64,000 nt of DNA, taken from NCBI GenBank assembly GCA_051362555.1, contig CM120640.1, positions 39,534,788 to 39,598,787 on the forward strand. Direction: 5' to 3'. This document shows, in pieces, positions 1 through 15,000 of this stretch. Positions within the stretch are counted from its first letter, which is position 1; every line of letters begins with the position of its first letter. The notes under the pieces were generated by a model. It had not been told where the DNA came from. It did not search any database and worked only from the letters and a program-made list of their open reading frames with translations. The translations under genes and the position numbers were made by a program. Source of the stretch: Lingula anatina. Lineage: Eukaryota > Animalia > Brachiopoda.

Positions 1-3000
1 GTGGAAGCTCAGCTCACCAGAGCCTACTGCCGTGCTGCACTACTGGAACTGATAAACCAATGTAACAGCACAGCCATGGAGGCGCTGTCCTGCACTACCA
101 GTCTATCAGGCATGGCAGCCAGTGCAGCTGTGCTACAGGAACTGGACGTGGAGAACCTACAGCTGCTCTCTAATGAACTGCTCTCACCCCCTCAGGCACA
201 TGGCTGTATTGTGGCCACCTCCCTGCTGACCTCCACCTCCCCTAGGCAGTGCCTGTCAGCTAACACATGTGCTCTATCTGATGTATTCTACCATAATCCA
301 ACCAAGCTGAAGGAAGAACTGAAGATTGCCATATCCAGAGCAGCAAGCCAAGGAGAAGATTACCTGATTGAGTTGACTAATCAGTTGTGTGTTTGTTTAC
401 AGGTAAGGCCAGACACAAACATGTCAGTTAACCTACTTACCAATTTTGTCTGGCCTAACAATAACTTGAAACTTCATGAAAGATGCAAATTTAAATATTA
501 TTTTTTCTATGATCAGATATTTCGTAAAACCACATTGTTATAACTTTGTGTCTGTCATGCATGCTCTTTAAAAGTTCAGTGTAATGAATGTTTTTCTCAT
601 ATTGTTTTGCTATAGATCTCTCCAGAGATGTTTCCAGTGGAAGAGTTTTTGGTGACAGAGGTGAAGACAAGCACAGATGTCTACTTTCCAGGTGCCTCGT
701 TCTTGGTCATATCATGCAAGAGAGATCCAAAAGTCTCTAAGAAAGAGTGAGTGTCATTTTTATATTCATTTATTAAAGTGCACCACATGTAGGAAATAAG
801 TATGGTTATTTGTCTTTTTATGTGAAAAAGCACTTAACTATCAAACGGCCTTGAATGTGATAAAAAGAATAAATGAAAATAGAAGCTTTGCAGATATAAT
901 TTATGTGGTGGATAAAACAATCTTTTAAATTTTTTTCAGGAGTTCTCCCTACAAGTCACCATGGGCCAGAATCTTCACATACACTGGACACCGCATCAAG
1001 AAGAATGGACAGTCCATCAAGCAGGAGGTGATCTCCTACCCCAGGGACACCACCTCCACCAGTAACACCAATGACCAGTATGCTCCAGTCATTATCTCTG
1101 CAGACAGGGTCCATGTGAGAGTGGGTGTGTCTCCTCCCCCTGGCGTTATCCTCACCATTCATGCACTCCCACCACAGTTCCCACTGTCCGTGGCCTATAT
1201 GGAGACCTTATTGTCACAGAGGAAGACTGCAGGAGGCGGAGGACCCACTACTAGAGGGAAAGTCAGAGACTCCAGTAAAGAGACTGATGGTAGTCTCTCT
1301 AAGTGGAATTTTGAGGAAGTTAGCATCACACCTTGCCCTTTGCAAAATGTGATAGAACTTCTGGGGAGTTACTTGCTGAGGACTGATATCCCAGCTGTGA
1401 TCAAGGAGAGCATTTTCCACATCCTGGCCCAGGCCTTAAGGGTGTGGAGACAGAGCCATGAAGAAGAGGTAGAACCCATATTGTTTCCAGTCAAGACAAA
1501 CCTTAGTGGATCCCTGGGGGCTTTGTTACAGCTCCAGACTGAACTCAAGAAAGTGTATGAGGAGGAGAGTGCCTCCTTCCCTACTGGTACCACAGCCAGT
1601 GGTGCAGGCATGGGGTTAGGGATTGGGGACCAAGGCAGATTCACCACATATTTCCAGGCTCTTCTTGAAGCTTGCTTGGCCATAGCAGAGGTCAGTTCTC
1701 CCACAGTTGGGCCACTTGATCCTGCGGCTAGTAAAAGCCTGACTTCACCTCCAAGTAAGGCCAAGTCAGCTGCTCCTCCAAGTCCAATGTCTAGCAGTAA
1801 GAGGAAGAAGCTGAAAGCTAAGCGTGACAGGGACAGAGAAAGAGCAGGAGCCCGTTTTGCAAGCAGCCCTAGGACGAGTGAGAGTGACAGTGGTTTACCT
1901 CTTTCTCCTGCTGCTAGTGAAACTCCGAGCTCCAGCGAGACCTCTGTGAGCCCAGCCTCAAGTAGCACAAGTGTGGGTACTACTACCAGCACTAGCAACA
2001 GTAGTATGAATAAACCAGAGGATATGCTTTGGTTCCACAGAGCTCTCACCATGTCACAGATCCTTAGACACCTTACAAGTGGAGAAAAGCAGGGAGAGGT
2101 GGTCACAAGTGATGCTGTGGCTGATGCCTTCAATACTCTCGTCAATCCATCAGCTCACTCTCGACTCATGGTTATTGCTGGTATACCTTCCAGTCTGGAC
2201 ACGGGCCTAGCTTTCCAAACAATTCTCAAAATCTGCAATGTGAATGGTGGGCTGTTCAAGAATGAGATATTTTTACCAGTTAAAGAGATTCTGATAAACC
2301 AGGAAACAGAGGGTGGAAAAAAGAATGCAGACCAAGGTAGCAGTAAGTCAGCTGCAGCACAACCTGGTGGTGCTGGTACCGCAGGAGTTGAGGGCACTAG
2401 CACCAAAACACAGAGTGAGAAAGATGAAGTTCCAAGTACAACAGAACCCGCAGAGGTGTTAAAAGCCAAAACTTTAAAGGGATATGCTGTTGTAGAATTG
2501 CGATCCAAAGCCAAATTTGAGAGTGTCAGGAAGGCTATATATAAAAACAAAGTATTCCTTCAGGTTTTGAATTTCGACCCTGATGATATGGTTGACATGC
2601 CAGAGGATCTGCTGTCTATATCTCCAGTGAATCAAAGTTTGTTTGCTGATCCCCAGGGCAATGATGCTTTGGATGAGTACTTTCAAAGCAAGTTGGTAAC
2701 AGGACAGGACCTCACAGATGGTGCTATAGGGGCTCTGACAGATATCTACCACAGCTGTTATATAGCTGTACAAAAACTGAGCCCAGAAGAAACCAAGACT
2801 GAGTCAGGTTTTATTTGTTTGACCAAGGACCAGATTATGATGCAGACCCCTGGTAACCTCCTGCATCCATTTTTTACCAATGTAAGGCCTCCAAAGAAGT
2901 CACTGTCAGAGCAGGTGACATATGCATTGAGGCATTATGGGATGTTCAAAATGGTGGACAAAGAAGAGCCGTGAGTATTGCACATTTGTTTAGCAGTGCC

Positions 3001-6000
3001 TTCTTTGCATGATGACTTTGAAGACAAGGGAATTAAAGATTCCCAGAAAATTAGAAATTATTAAGTTTTACCACTTCTTTGCTTCAGTACTTGAATTAAG
3101 AAAGGTTATTTGCTGATGATATTTCTAACTGTCGATTACAGTAGCATCCCTCCAGAGAAAGGCAAAGGTAAAACAGGAAGAAGAAGCTCAAAGACCTCCA
3201 AAGAAAAGCTGGCAATGGGAACCACTAGCAGTGGGAAGTAAGTTTTTAAAGAAACAATAGAGCATTTTTTACTTTAATATTTTCTCCAAAATATCTATAA
3301 ATTTTTGTTCAGATAAAATGCTAGATATATAGCTCTTGCATTCAAGTTGTCTTTATTAGTATGTATGAATCAGTAATGAAATCGGTGTTTATATGTACCA
3401 TTCATAAAACAATGTATGTTGGGTTGGATTGTTTGTGACAAATGTATTATTTTCTTAGAACAAGTCCAAGAGAGAAAAAGAAAGCCAAAGAAGCTTCAGA
3501 GAAACCCAGCAAGGAGGAAGGTACTCCAGAAAGCTCATCAAAACAAACCAAGGTAAATCTGGGTTTTATGTCAGACATTTGTTCAGCACAGGATTTTTAC
3601 ACCAAACATAATTTTACTTAAGAATTAAGCAATTTTTTTCTACTTTCCACAACCCATCCTTTCTCTTGTTTTGCATCATTTCTAATTAGACAAATTAATC
3701 CTGAACATATCATGATTTATTAAGACTGACATGTCTTCCTGACATTTAAAATATCAACATCACATACTTTTAATTTAGGGGTATTATTGTTTTTAAGGTC
3801 TAAATTGGGAAAGTTAATTACCTTTGCAGGATATTAATGTCTTTGGGACAATTTCAAATGCATTTTGTATGTCTTAAACACATTTGAGTATTCCAACTTA
3901 TTCTTGAAAATGAATTTGATAATCACTAAGACAAAGTATTCATTCAAATTACATGAATGCAAATTAAATTGTTTATTTTGTGACTTCGTTTGGAAACAGT
4001 AGATTATTAAAAGTAAGGAATGGTTTGTTTATACATTTTCTCTCCAGGAGGCACCCAAAGATGAAGACAAGCTGTTGACATTAAATGGATTTCTACAGTT
4101 TGTGCTGGAAAAATCTAGACAAGATGCCAGATCAGTGTGCAAATCACTCCTATCTTGTGGTTATGATCTTCACTTTGAGAGGTAATCAGTCCTTACCAAA
4201 AAAAGTAATAAATCTTGTCAGTAGGCTTCTATCAAAGAATTAGTATTTTGTATTACCAGTTAATGTATATAACTGTTAACATGTTACATTGACCTTTTAT
4301 TCCTCTTTTTCAGGTGTTCTTGTATCGACCTTGTCCAGGCTGAACAGATGTCCAAGGAGTGGACTCTGGACATGGACTTTGCTTTAGTTCAACATGTGAA
4401 CAATCTTTGTTGGCACTTAGCTGTGGCTCCTTCTAGGCTGCATCCACATGAAATCTATCTCTCTGAGGAAGATCTCAGCAATGCATCCTATTCATGCTTG
4501 CAAGGTTTGTGCAGTGGGTAATACAACATAGAAATATCATAGTAGGGCTTATTGTGTTATGATCATAAGACATAATAACAGCAGGGCACCTTCACTTGAG
4601 CCAATGCAAAGACCCCAAAACCTCACTGAGAATATTTTACATAAATGCAAAATTTAAAAAAATGAAATCTTTTGTTTTCATAGGGATACCTCTAGAAAGC
4701 ATCAGACTCAGATTTGCCTTGCTGCAATCCTTAAACAACAGCCTGGAAACATTTTTCCTGCCCTTGGTTGACCTTCGACCTCACAAAAGTTACAGCTGCA
4801 GCACAGCAGCACTTCTGACAAAAGCCAGAGGACTAGTATTTCATGATACCAAGATGACTTTCCTAAACAGAGTACTCAATGTAACAGCCAAGAGGAAGCC
4901 AGACCAAGCTGCTCCAGAGATTATTTTAGACCCTCTTGAAAATGTCGGGGGTTAGTTTGAGTTTTTGAAAAATTATTTATTTCCATGCACATTGCTCTTT
5001 TAGTTCATTTTAAGTCCACTTTGTTTTCATAGAAAAGTAAATTAATTTGGGAAATTGGACAAGACTTATTTGATAATATATTAAAGAACTCTTGGATTTA
5101 CAGTGAAGCATAAGAAACCATATAAGTTTAACCATCATTGTGACTATGTTTCAGGAGAGAGAAGAGATGTATACCAGTACCAGCTGTGCCAAGCCTTCCG
5201 TCAGCTGTCTCAGGTACTGTCCACCCAGCTCTGTGTGAGGATAGCTGCTGGGGGAGACCCTACATATGCTTTCAATGTCAAGTTCACTGGGGAGGAAGTC
5301 CATGGCACAAGTAAGGGACATTGATTTTGTTTAAGTTGTCACTGAGGACTATTTTGAAATTATTGGAAAGGTGCTCAACTTTTCTGATCTTGGATAGTTA
5401 TTTTTCATTTTCCAGGATTTATTACATCTTATTGTTCTTTTTATTTTGGGCATATCAGATTTATCATATGTTAGTCTGTGCAAGTCTTCAATGTCTGATG
5501 TTGCTGGATTTGTTTTCAGGTGGTTCATTCCGCCACTTCTTGTGTCAGGTAGCTAGAGAGTTAGAGACTCCAGCCTTGCAAATGTTGATGCTCTGTCCCA
5601 GTACAGCTGGGAGCAGGAACAAAGGCAAATACATCATGTCTCCTGGAGGCATGTCATATCCTATGGAGAAACTGCTGGAGTTTGTGGGACAGGTAAATTG
5701 TGTTTTCCCAGTGCCATACTGATAATTGGTTACTACATTGGGCCATGAATAGGGAGGATTTAAACAGAAAAAAACACACATTCTTTACGATTTGGATTAA
5801 CTGAAACCAGTACATGTATGAAATACAGTGAAGTCTATTTTAATTCTCTTCTGCACAGTCAGTTACCTTAAAACAATTGAGTGATACAAAATGTGCATAA
5901 TAATATTGAAATAAATTCCATTTCAAAACGTGCACAAGGTATATTATGTCAAAATGAAAAGGTCAAAAAAATAATACATTGGTTACAAATGTATAATTGT

Positions 6001-7840
6001 AAATCAGTATAAGAAAGTGTCACTGAAATACAAAAAGACTACCTTTCATGTGTGGACAAGCAAGTGAATATGACTTCCATTTTATTGTGTTGTTTTTAGT
6101 TGTTCGGCATCACTATAAGAGCAGACATCCCTCTGGGTTTGGACTTATTGTCAGTGTTTTGGAAGAACTTGGTGGGCATTCCTTTGGACCCTGCCACAGA
6201 CTTGCAGGAGGCAGATATACTCACTTACAACTACATCAAGAAGTTTGACACTGTGAGTAGCATGGATTGAATAGTTAGATTATTACAGTACAAGTGACAA
6301 ACTGTATTGAGAATCAGAAAAAAAGATGAAATTAGTCTCATACATGTACAAGGCTCGTAAACAGACTTATGCTAATATGTTTTTGACTTAAATGATTTTC
6401 AAGTGCCAGTACAGGAAAAGAAGCAGAAGGAGAATGGAGAAAATATTTATTTCATAAGTTCACACCAGGATTGATTTAATTAATGATATTTTTGCTCAAA
6501 GATATTTCACCATAATACTGATATTCTATACTGAAATTTTGGAACTATTTTAATGACACAGAAAATGTTTAGTAAAAAATCTCACTTTTTTCCAAGGTTG
6601 AAAGCGATTCTGAGCTTCAAGTTCTGTTTGCTGAGACCTATCCCAGGTTGACATATACATCTCTCAGTGGAGATGAAGAAGAATTGATTCCCAATGGAAG
6701 GAACACCTTTGTCACGTAAGTTGTCAGTATTAGGAAAACCTCTTTGGTCAATATCCTATTGGTACATTTTTTTTAGATTAAATTATCTTTTAAAGTTTTC
6801 ATTTTCACCTTTTTTCCTTGTAGCTGGGATAACAGACATCAGTATGTGGATGCTATCAGACAGTACAGGATGAGAGAGCTGTCATGTGAGGCCAAGGTGA
6901 CAGCCTTCACAGCAGGGCTGGCATCCATTGTCCCAGTCCAGCTGCTGTCTATCATGACACCACATGATATGGAAGTCAGAACTTGTGGGCTGCCTTTTGT
7001 GGACTTGGACTTTTTAAAGGTACCAGTATGCTTCTCTTGACAATTGGATAAATGACCCAAAAAAAAAAACAATTAGCAGAATTTATCTCAAAAAGGAGTT
7101 TAGTTAATTGAACTTAAAAATGAAACTATTATTATAAATAATAAGATAAATTTGAGATAAAAATTTAAAAAATATATATCCTGATTTATCTTGACCTTTC
7201 CACTTTCAGGCACACACAATGTATCAGGTTGGTTTAATGGAGTCAGACCCACACATAGAATATTTCTGGGCAGCCCTGGAAAGTTTTAGTCAGGATGAAC
7301 TGGGCAAGTTTGTGAGGTTTTCCTGCAATCAGGAACGTATTCCAATGACCTGTCCCTGCAGGGAAGGCACCAATGACTCCGTGCATGTGCCACCATACCC
7401 CATGAAAATAGCTCCACCAGATGGACCAGGTAAGCGTCACAAAAAAGGATCAATACACTCAGTGTTAAGTTTGAAAATTAATTTAAAAGCTTATTTTATG
7501 CCCCAACTTCTTTTAAAAAATGAAAGGGAACACATTACCACAAGGCTATTTGGTTTGTACATTTTTGATTCTTTTTCGTCTGTAAATTTGCATTTTCACC
7601 ATGTTACATTAGGTATCTCATTTTACTCATGCATCAGGGTAGAAACCAGTTTGTTTATGTGTATTTTGTACAACATGATACAAGTGTTTCTCTTGTAATC
7701 TAGGTACACCAGATTCCAGACACATCAGGGTAGAGACCTGTATGTTCATGATAAAGCTGCCTCAGTACTCCTCTTACCAGATCACAAGACAGAGACTGCT
7801 CTATGCCATCAACTGTAGAGAAGACCCACTCAGTGGATAA
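1..7840 (+). CDS. HECTD4: E3 ubiquitin ligase HECTD4, 3' part (5' end outside window)
   Basis: GT-AG exons at 1-402, 616-746, 940-2970, 3142-3237, 3459-3552, 4048-4181, 4314-4504, 4684-4950, 5155-5310, 5520-5692, 6100-6252, 6597-6715, 6824-7019, 7210-7429 and 7704-7840. HECT domain motifs FNVKFTGEEVHGT-GSFRHF and YFWAALESFSQDELGKFVRF, with the catalytic Cys in HIRVETCMFMIKLPQY. The C-terminus CREDPLSG* matches vertebrate HECTD4 as I recall it. Confidence 0.93.
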
Positions 7841-10072
7841 GAGACCTTGACCTGGAGAGTTTACTAGTAAAAGACTCTAAATACCATAAAATGTATGAAA
7901 TACATTGAAATGCACAGGGCGACATGCTTTAATGTAATCATTTCTGTTATCAGATGTATGTAAGAAAAGTGTTGTAGTATTGTAAACACAATGCTCAGTG
8001 TATGAAAGTTAATTCTCTTGTAAGGTTTATTGTTACCGTTATTAAATTTCAAACTTATCCTTGTGATAATAGAAATTAGGCTATGCTCTCATTGTAATAT
8101 GTGTGTTATTTTCTAAGTTAATCACACAAGACAAGTTGATGTAGAAATAATGCCAGAATCATGCTCATTTTTTCATATGAGACAATTATTTGTAATTGAT
8201 TTAAAGAAGAAATTGCTAGGGTGATGGGATGCTCTCTCATTAACATGTATTTTCCTTTTTTCCTGCTGTTGTCTTTCTATTAGCACATCCCAGTTAGAAG
8301 CGCAGCATCAATTTACAAGTTAGTATTGAGATGTGAATCTAATGCGCTATCATAGGATACTCCAAGAGTATTAAAATGCCAGATTTTAATTTATCTTTAT
8401 GTACAAAAAGGAAAAGGATAAAATTCCAATTACATAATTTAAGTTCCCAGGTTATTAATCAGAGCTTTTGAGCAATGTTGGACTCAAATATAATGCTTTA
8501 TTACATTGTACATCATAAAGTATTAGTAGGTGTATACATGTATGTACATGTATCTCTGCTCAAGTAGAAGAGTAGGATTTCACTTAAGTTATTTAAATTG
8601 TATGTAGTGTTAGCTAATTGCACTTGGAAATGTGGAGCTTCAAACAGCTACTGGTAGTTTTCAATGAACATTTGGTAAATGATCGTAAAGGACAAGGTTG
8701 ACATGGCGTTTTGCAGCTGTATGGGCTAGTATTTTACCAAGTTGTATATTTTCAGCAAGATAATTTTAGGTATATAGTTATTTGAAAAATCGCTAATTGA
8801 GCATACCAGATGCGTATCTAAGACTTTGACCCATAAAGAGCTTAACAATGGTGTAATATTTGATTTTGTTCTGATATCTCTAGCACGTCACTTGTTATAT
8901 AATGTAGTTGACAGGTCAATTAGCTGACCATTTATAACAGCTCTAAAAGGCCAGTTTGTAAGTTGTTACTAGATCCAAGTATCTAATGTATAGGTGAAAT
9001 CTTGAAATTTTTGCATGCGTGTAAAGGTGTGATAGTATTTAAGGTAAAGTTGCACTTTGTTGGTTACTTTGCAAATGCATTTTAGGTGAGTTATTGTTCA
9101 TTGCGGTGTGAATGATATGGTGATATGAGACAATGCACAGTGTATATATAACAGATTATTGATGGTATATTTGTGTATGCTACAAGGATAGTTGACGGGT
9201 TGCCTGGATACTTTATTTGCCTCATTATATTTGGTTGTGAATTCCACCCTAGATGCTACATTCTAAATGTATCAGATGTGGATTTAAAACGATGGAACCA
9301 CATGTATTTGTAGGAGAATGAAGCATTACAGGAATAAGTGGTGACTTTGTCTTTTTGGTGAATGATTGTTGCACTTTATTTAATCAACAGTTGTTAAAAA
9401 TATATTGCCCTAATACAAGGAGGTTGGTGGTAGCTAAAGCTGAACAATATTGATGAATTTTGTTTCACAAAATAAGGTCATGTTAGTAACACCCGCCATG
9501 AGTGTCTGAGATAACTGGTCTCAACTATCAGTATATCAGCTGTTATTTCCAGCTACTGGATATGGCAGAACCATACTGATAGCCTTAGTAAGTTAACTTC
9601 CAGTGGTCTCTGAAACTACCTCAGAGGCCTCTGAATCTGTTACCTGAAAAAGATGGCATGTTTCAGATTGAGTGTTGAGATCAAAATGATATATTGAAAT
9701 ATCTTAAAGAAATAAAGATTGGAATAAGTGTTGTTTGAAATTTGAGTTACTACAGAAAGACTGATTGCCATCACACATCATTAGGCATATTGCTTGAATC
9801 AATCAGTTTTGTCATTCATGTCTGCCCATTTGACAGCTTTGCTGAACAGATTAATACTGGCATAAAAACATTAAGTATCATTGAGTCAGTGACATTTTCT
9901 GTCATTTAAATGGATTTCTCTTAACCCCATGTGCAAAAAGGCACTTCAGCTGTTATATCACACTGCATAATGTAATTACTTATTCCAACAACTGTTGTGG
10001 TGTACAAAGTGAATGGTAATAAGGAATGCCTCTGTGGAGAGGTTGATTGTGCAGATACTCCAGTGAACTATA

Positions 10073-13000
10073 TTAAGTCAACTTCCACTGGTGGACCACA
10101 GGTTTAAACTGCCAGAGGTCAGGGTGGCCTACGTGAGGGTAAATCTTCTCAAAATCAGTTTTGCTCCACTGGAAAGGTGGAAGAGAGTCAAATGTGGGAC
10201 CAGATATGGCAACAAACTGCATAGACTTGAACATCTCCGAATTTGTCAGCTAAAAAAAAAAAGCAATAATTATAGTGTTATTACATTTGTTATAATGGTA
10301 GACTTGCACATTCAACATGAACTATATGTAGTTCTAAGGGCTGCATCTTGGCCCCGTGTGACTCATCAATAGTTTTTAAATCAGCTATTAATTAATTAAT
10401 CACAAAATTTGTCTTGTATTTCTTTAACTTCTAAAAATAACTCTAGATAAACTTAAACATGCTTGCAGAATTGATGCAAGTATCTAAAATAACATATCAT
10501 GTACTGTGAATAATTTCAGTCATACAATGAATTCAATCCAAGTTTTTCATTTTCTTCATCTAGGAGATTACCTTCATATCTGTCCCTCCATGGGACCTGT
10601 GTCCTAGGGCTTCGATGGGATAGCTGCCATTGGCAGGGTTCAGATCGCAGCGGGCAGATATGGCATTCTCTGCGCTGTATGGGGGTGTGCAGTTACAGCG
10701 AGAGAGAGGATCATGCTGATAGTCATTATATCTGCAATACCAACAAAAAAAGCTTTAACGTGGGATTTCAAGCCTTATATCATTTAACTCTTATTGGAGT
10801 ACTCAAACGTTTTATTAGGGAATTTCTTGAAATATGAGAATTTTTTTAGTCTGTTTGTATTGTCAAAACAAAATGACAATTATATTTTGATGAGAGAAAG
10901 CCAATCTAATGTGTCTTTAAACATTATATTTCAAAGTAATATGCTATCATATAACACATTTAAACAGTCTCTATGGAGGAAAATGTTATTATATTACCTC
11001 ATCAATGCTATCATTGAGTTGATGTCTTTCACTTTTACATGATCCCTCCTAAAAATGTTAGCTCGTGCAGTTTTGTTATAAGAAAACCAGTCTCCATACT
11101 TCTTCACCATTTTTATCCAGCCACTAGCTTCAAATACCTCTTGAAAATAACTGGAATATTTTGAACAATTATACATTATTTACATATAATAAATTATTGG
11201 GGCATACAAATCGGTATACTATACAATAAATTTCTCCACAAATGGCTAATCACAGATTGATAGTTTATCTAAAATTATAATGGTATTTATTGAAAAAAGG
11301 GACAAAATCTCAACATGAACAAGTATTTGATGTCCTGGTTCCAAATGATAGGTTCACTTCTTTAACTGGGATGGATTCTCAACTTACGGTATGTTATAAC
11401 TTGGCCAGTAGCTCTGTGCAGTTAAAACTCTGGTCATGTCAGCATATTTTACCATATTCCTAGAAAACTATGTTAGTATTAATTTCAGTCTACAGTACAG
11501 CAAAACCTTTTATAAGTACAGCTACATTTAGATTGTGCAACAAATCTTATCTAGTTAAACATTACATAGTCAAATCATGTTCTCAATACTGACAAATGAA
11601 TTTGCAAATATCAGACAGCAGAAATTTCAATTTACGGTATTTGTTCCACCACACCAAAGAGGCCAGCAGATGGAGTCTGCCCTGGTTTGAACTTAGTGTA
11701 GTCAACTATCATCCACTGGTTGTTATATCTAGAAAGATACAATATCACTAACTAAAATTATCCAACCATCCTGGTTACAAAATGTTCATCTTTTCTATTG
11801 GTGAATGCTTATGTATTGATAAATTACAATTAGTTTTCTGCATTTTATCTCCATTTAAAATTGTCCTAATAGTAAACATTACACTTTGATCCCTCCCCAC
11901 CAAAAAAATGCTTAAAATAATAATATCACACATCTTTTTCTAAAAAAAATTCCAATTCAATCTTGAAACAAAACAGAAAATGGGACTGATCATGTATTAC
12001 ACAGCAGCCACTAGATTTAAATTAAAGCTAGTCCACCTAAAAGAAAGTAGAAATCAAGATGTCTTCAACATACGTTCCACTGTTGTATCTTGAGAATATC
12101 TGTGCCCAAGTATCAATGCTGGTGGCCAGACGGTTAGCAACCATGGTGCGTATGCCCTCCAGGACAGAGTAGGTGGGTTTCACATACTTCCACAGTTTAT
12201 CATTATTGTTACCAATCGTTGTCTCCTGGCTCACCTAATGATTGCCAATAATAAGATGATAAATATTAGTATGAAATTAGATCTCAATAAGATAACAAAA
12301 AAACATAAAAAGCACTAGTCAAGTATAATACTAACAAAGAACGTAAAATGGTGAAAATAAAAGAATAAAACTTTTTAATGTCAAATGTATAAATAGACCC
12401 TCAATAATCTTGTTAAAGCTGATGTCATTTTTCTAATACTAAATTACCTAATTTTACACAGAAATATTGCTTTAGGTCTTTTTTGTGCCAACTGAACTTT
12501 AAATTGAACAAAAAATTGTGCACTGTTCTTACCAGTCCTGAGCTTATGAGATAGTAGTCATCCCCAGAGTAAATCACGCCGGGGTACGAGGAAAAGGTCA
12601 TCACTTTGCCAGGAATCAAGGGACCACTATCTGGACAAAACAAAAAAAAAATGAGAAGAGAAATTAAAATATGATATAAAGCTATCTGTTTTTTCCCCTC
12701 AAAATTCTCTCTTCAGATTGTGGATGAGATTCAGCTAATGCATTGGGTTCATACAGATATATAAAACAGTGGTTCGGAAAGTGATCAATCAATTTTTTTT
12801 CAAATAGCTTGACACATTCATTGTTACAGGCTTGCTATATCCTTAAGATTACCTTGTTGTGTTTTGTAGCCAAAGTCATATTTCTTTAGTATCCTCAGCA
12901 TTGACTGAAAGCTGCTCCAAGTGTCATGGGACACATAAAGGTCTTTGTTGCCTGGTAACAGTTTAACAAGTGCTGAACAAGATCCAGATCCAAGAGCTCT

Positions 13001-14742
13001 CGACTTGTCAGGTTTATGTAAGGCTTCTTCTAGGTCCTCGCTATCGCCAGCAATTTGAAACATGCTTAAAAATAAATTTTGCATTGTGTTTTACAACAGC
13101 ATGACATACAGGTGTATAAAGACCTCAATAAAAATAAAATCCTATGTTTTATCTTTTAGATGTAAATATATAAATATAATAACAAACAAAAAATTCGTTG
13201 TAAAGATACAAGTGTTTAAAGCTTGTTTACACCATGATATTGATGTACTGCATGGGTAGAGTGAGAAAACGGACATCAATTTATATGCTTAGATAAAGAA
13301 ATTATCCCTACTTACAGGAACTGGAATGGGTCTAAATCTATACTTGGGTGGGCGGGCTTGTTTTCATAGCCATCTTGCAGTCCACTGACTTGCTTCAGGA
13401 ATAAATCTACCTACATAAAAGAAGAAAGATTTTACAAGACTGCTTTTTTATAGTGTAACATTGGTGATAAAATTAAAAAAAAAAACAGTTAATAAAAAAG
13501 TTGAATACATGTATATATTCACTTGAAATTAATAACAACACTTGATAAAGTTAAGAGCCTGCTTTGTGAGGGGTCAATTTAAGAACATCATACTTGTACT
13601 TAATGAAGTATGATTTTTACTTGATGTATGGAAGTGCAAAATGAGTGCAAATACATAGTTGCAAAACATTTTAAAGATGATTTACACCAGAATGTAAATA
13701 CCCTGATCAATGTTGACCTAATCAACACTGAAATAAAGCTCAGCTACATGTATCATGGTTAAGCAACACAATATACCTGATGCCAGTACACTTTGTCTTC
13801 TGGTGAATTATCTGGTTTATTGATTTTGTCATTAACCCAAGCCAAATTCTGCTTCACATAGTCTGCAAGTCTTTTACAATAGTCAGATGGACTCTTGGGA
13901 TCACAGTAACCCTGGACAGTATTGTTCCAATGCATTGCAATGAGCTGGCGAGTAATGTACCCTTCTGCCAGGCCAGCAGAATAAGCCTGGGCAAAATCTG
14001 GATATGCTGGGTTAGTAGTTACTTCTAAGTATGACCACCTGAAAGAGAGTAAGTACTGCAAGATTAGGCTTGCACACATTTTTTCCATAAAAAGGCGATT
14101 GACACTTTTGAGCTATACAATGCCTAAATCATTTTTAAACTTATAGCCATTGCTGGGTAGGCAAATATTACTAATAAGAGAGGCACAATTTTGAAATTGT
14201 ACAAATTTGTGAGCTACAGTATGGTTGGATTTTTTTACATTTTAAATATTGGTATAATTATTTTTTTAAGCACATTTAAAATGTTCATCAGCTGCAGAAA
14301 CATACCAGGATTTTACATGTACTCTTAATCTTTATGAGTCAATATGAAGTCGTTGAATTTTTTCCAAAGTAATGTGAGTTTTGTAATTGTCTGTCATTAT
14401 TAACTAATTAATGTGTATTTAACCAGCCAAATTTTAAGCATTTTGGACAATTTCTGGGAATTTTATACAGGGCACCTTTCCTCCTTAGTCATATGAAGGA
14501 ATTAGATAGGAGTAATCCCTTGATTTTATTTTAATATGATTATAAATAATATTGAATATGACTTACCCGGTCGAATTAATCTCATTTGAAAAGTTTGCAT
14601 ATGCAATCCAATCGGCTGACGGTTTCTCTGTCTCTATGAAATACAGGTCTGTGTGAATATCATATTTTATGTAAATGAACTCCGTACAAAAGGAAAGATG
14701 CAAAAGAAACAGGAGCGATAAACCTATATTCCCCATCGCCAT
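10073..14742 (-). CDS. PLBD2: Lysosomal phospholipase B-like 2 (Ntn-hydrolase)
   Basis: 11 exons: 14742-14567, 14038-13777, 13410-13316, 13064-12853, 12630-12533, 12234-12074, 11728-11636, 11459-11388, 11150-10998, 10731-10572 and 10249-10073. Signal peptide MAMGNIGLSLLFLLHLSFC, autocleavage nucleophile motif GSGSCSAL, then SHDTW, FSSYPG, QETTIGN, YNSGTYNNQW, ARANIFRRDH, and C-terminal GHPDLWQF. Confidence 0.93.
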
Positions 14743-15000
14743 TTTTACTGTGTACGCTGATCATGTGGTTTTGTCACATGATGACAACTTGACCCAGTTT
14801 ATGTGGGAGCCGCAAACATACTACCCATCCACGTGGGCCGTTTCATATTCAAAACGATGATGTTATAGATGTCACTTGACTTTAGATATTTGTATATTTG
14901 ACACAGGTATAAGATATACTGAGATTCATTATTATTTTGCTCATATTTGGCAATAAATTTTTATATTCAATTCATCGGTGAGGCAAGACTGGAAAGAAAC
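14743..15000. promoter_or_regulatory. Compact bidirectional promoter with MiT/TFE (CLEAR/M-box-like) E-boxes
   Basis: 258 bp between the PLBD2 ATG (-) and an ATG at 15001 (+), locally CpG-rich. Motifs: TCATGTG 14761-14767, GTCACATGAT 14773-14782, CACGTG 14830-14835 and GTCACTTGAC 14871-14880. Confidence 0.55.

Noticed and set aside
1369-2550. Long antisense ORFs (258 aa and 131 aa)
   Set aside because: Shadows of the large HECTD4 exon, with no independent motifs.
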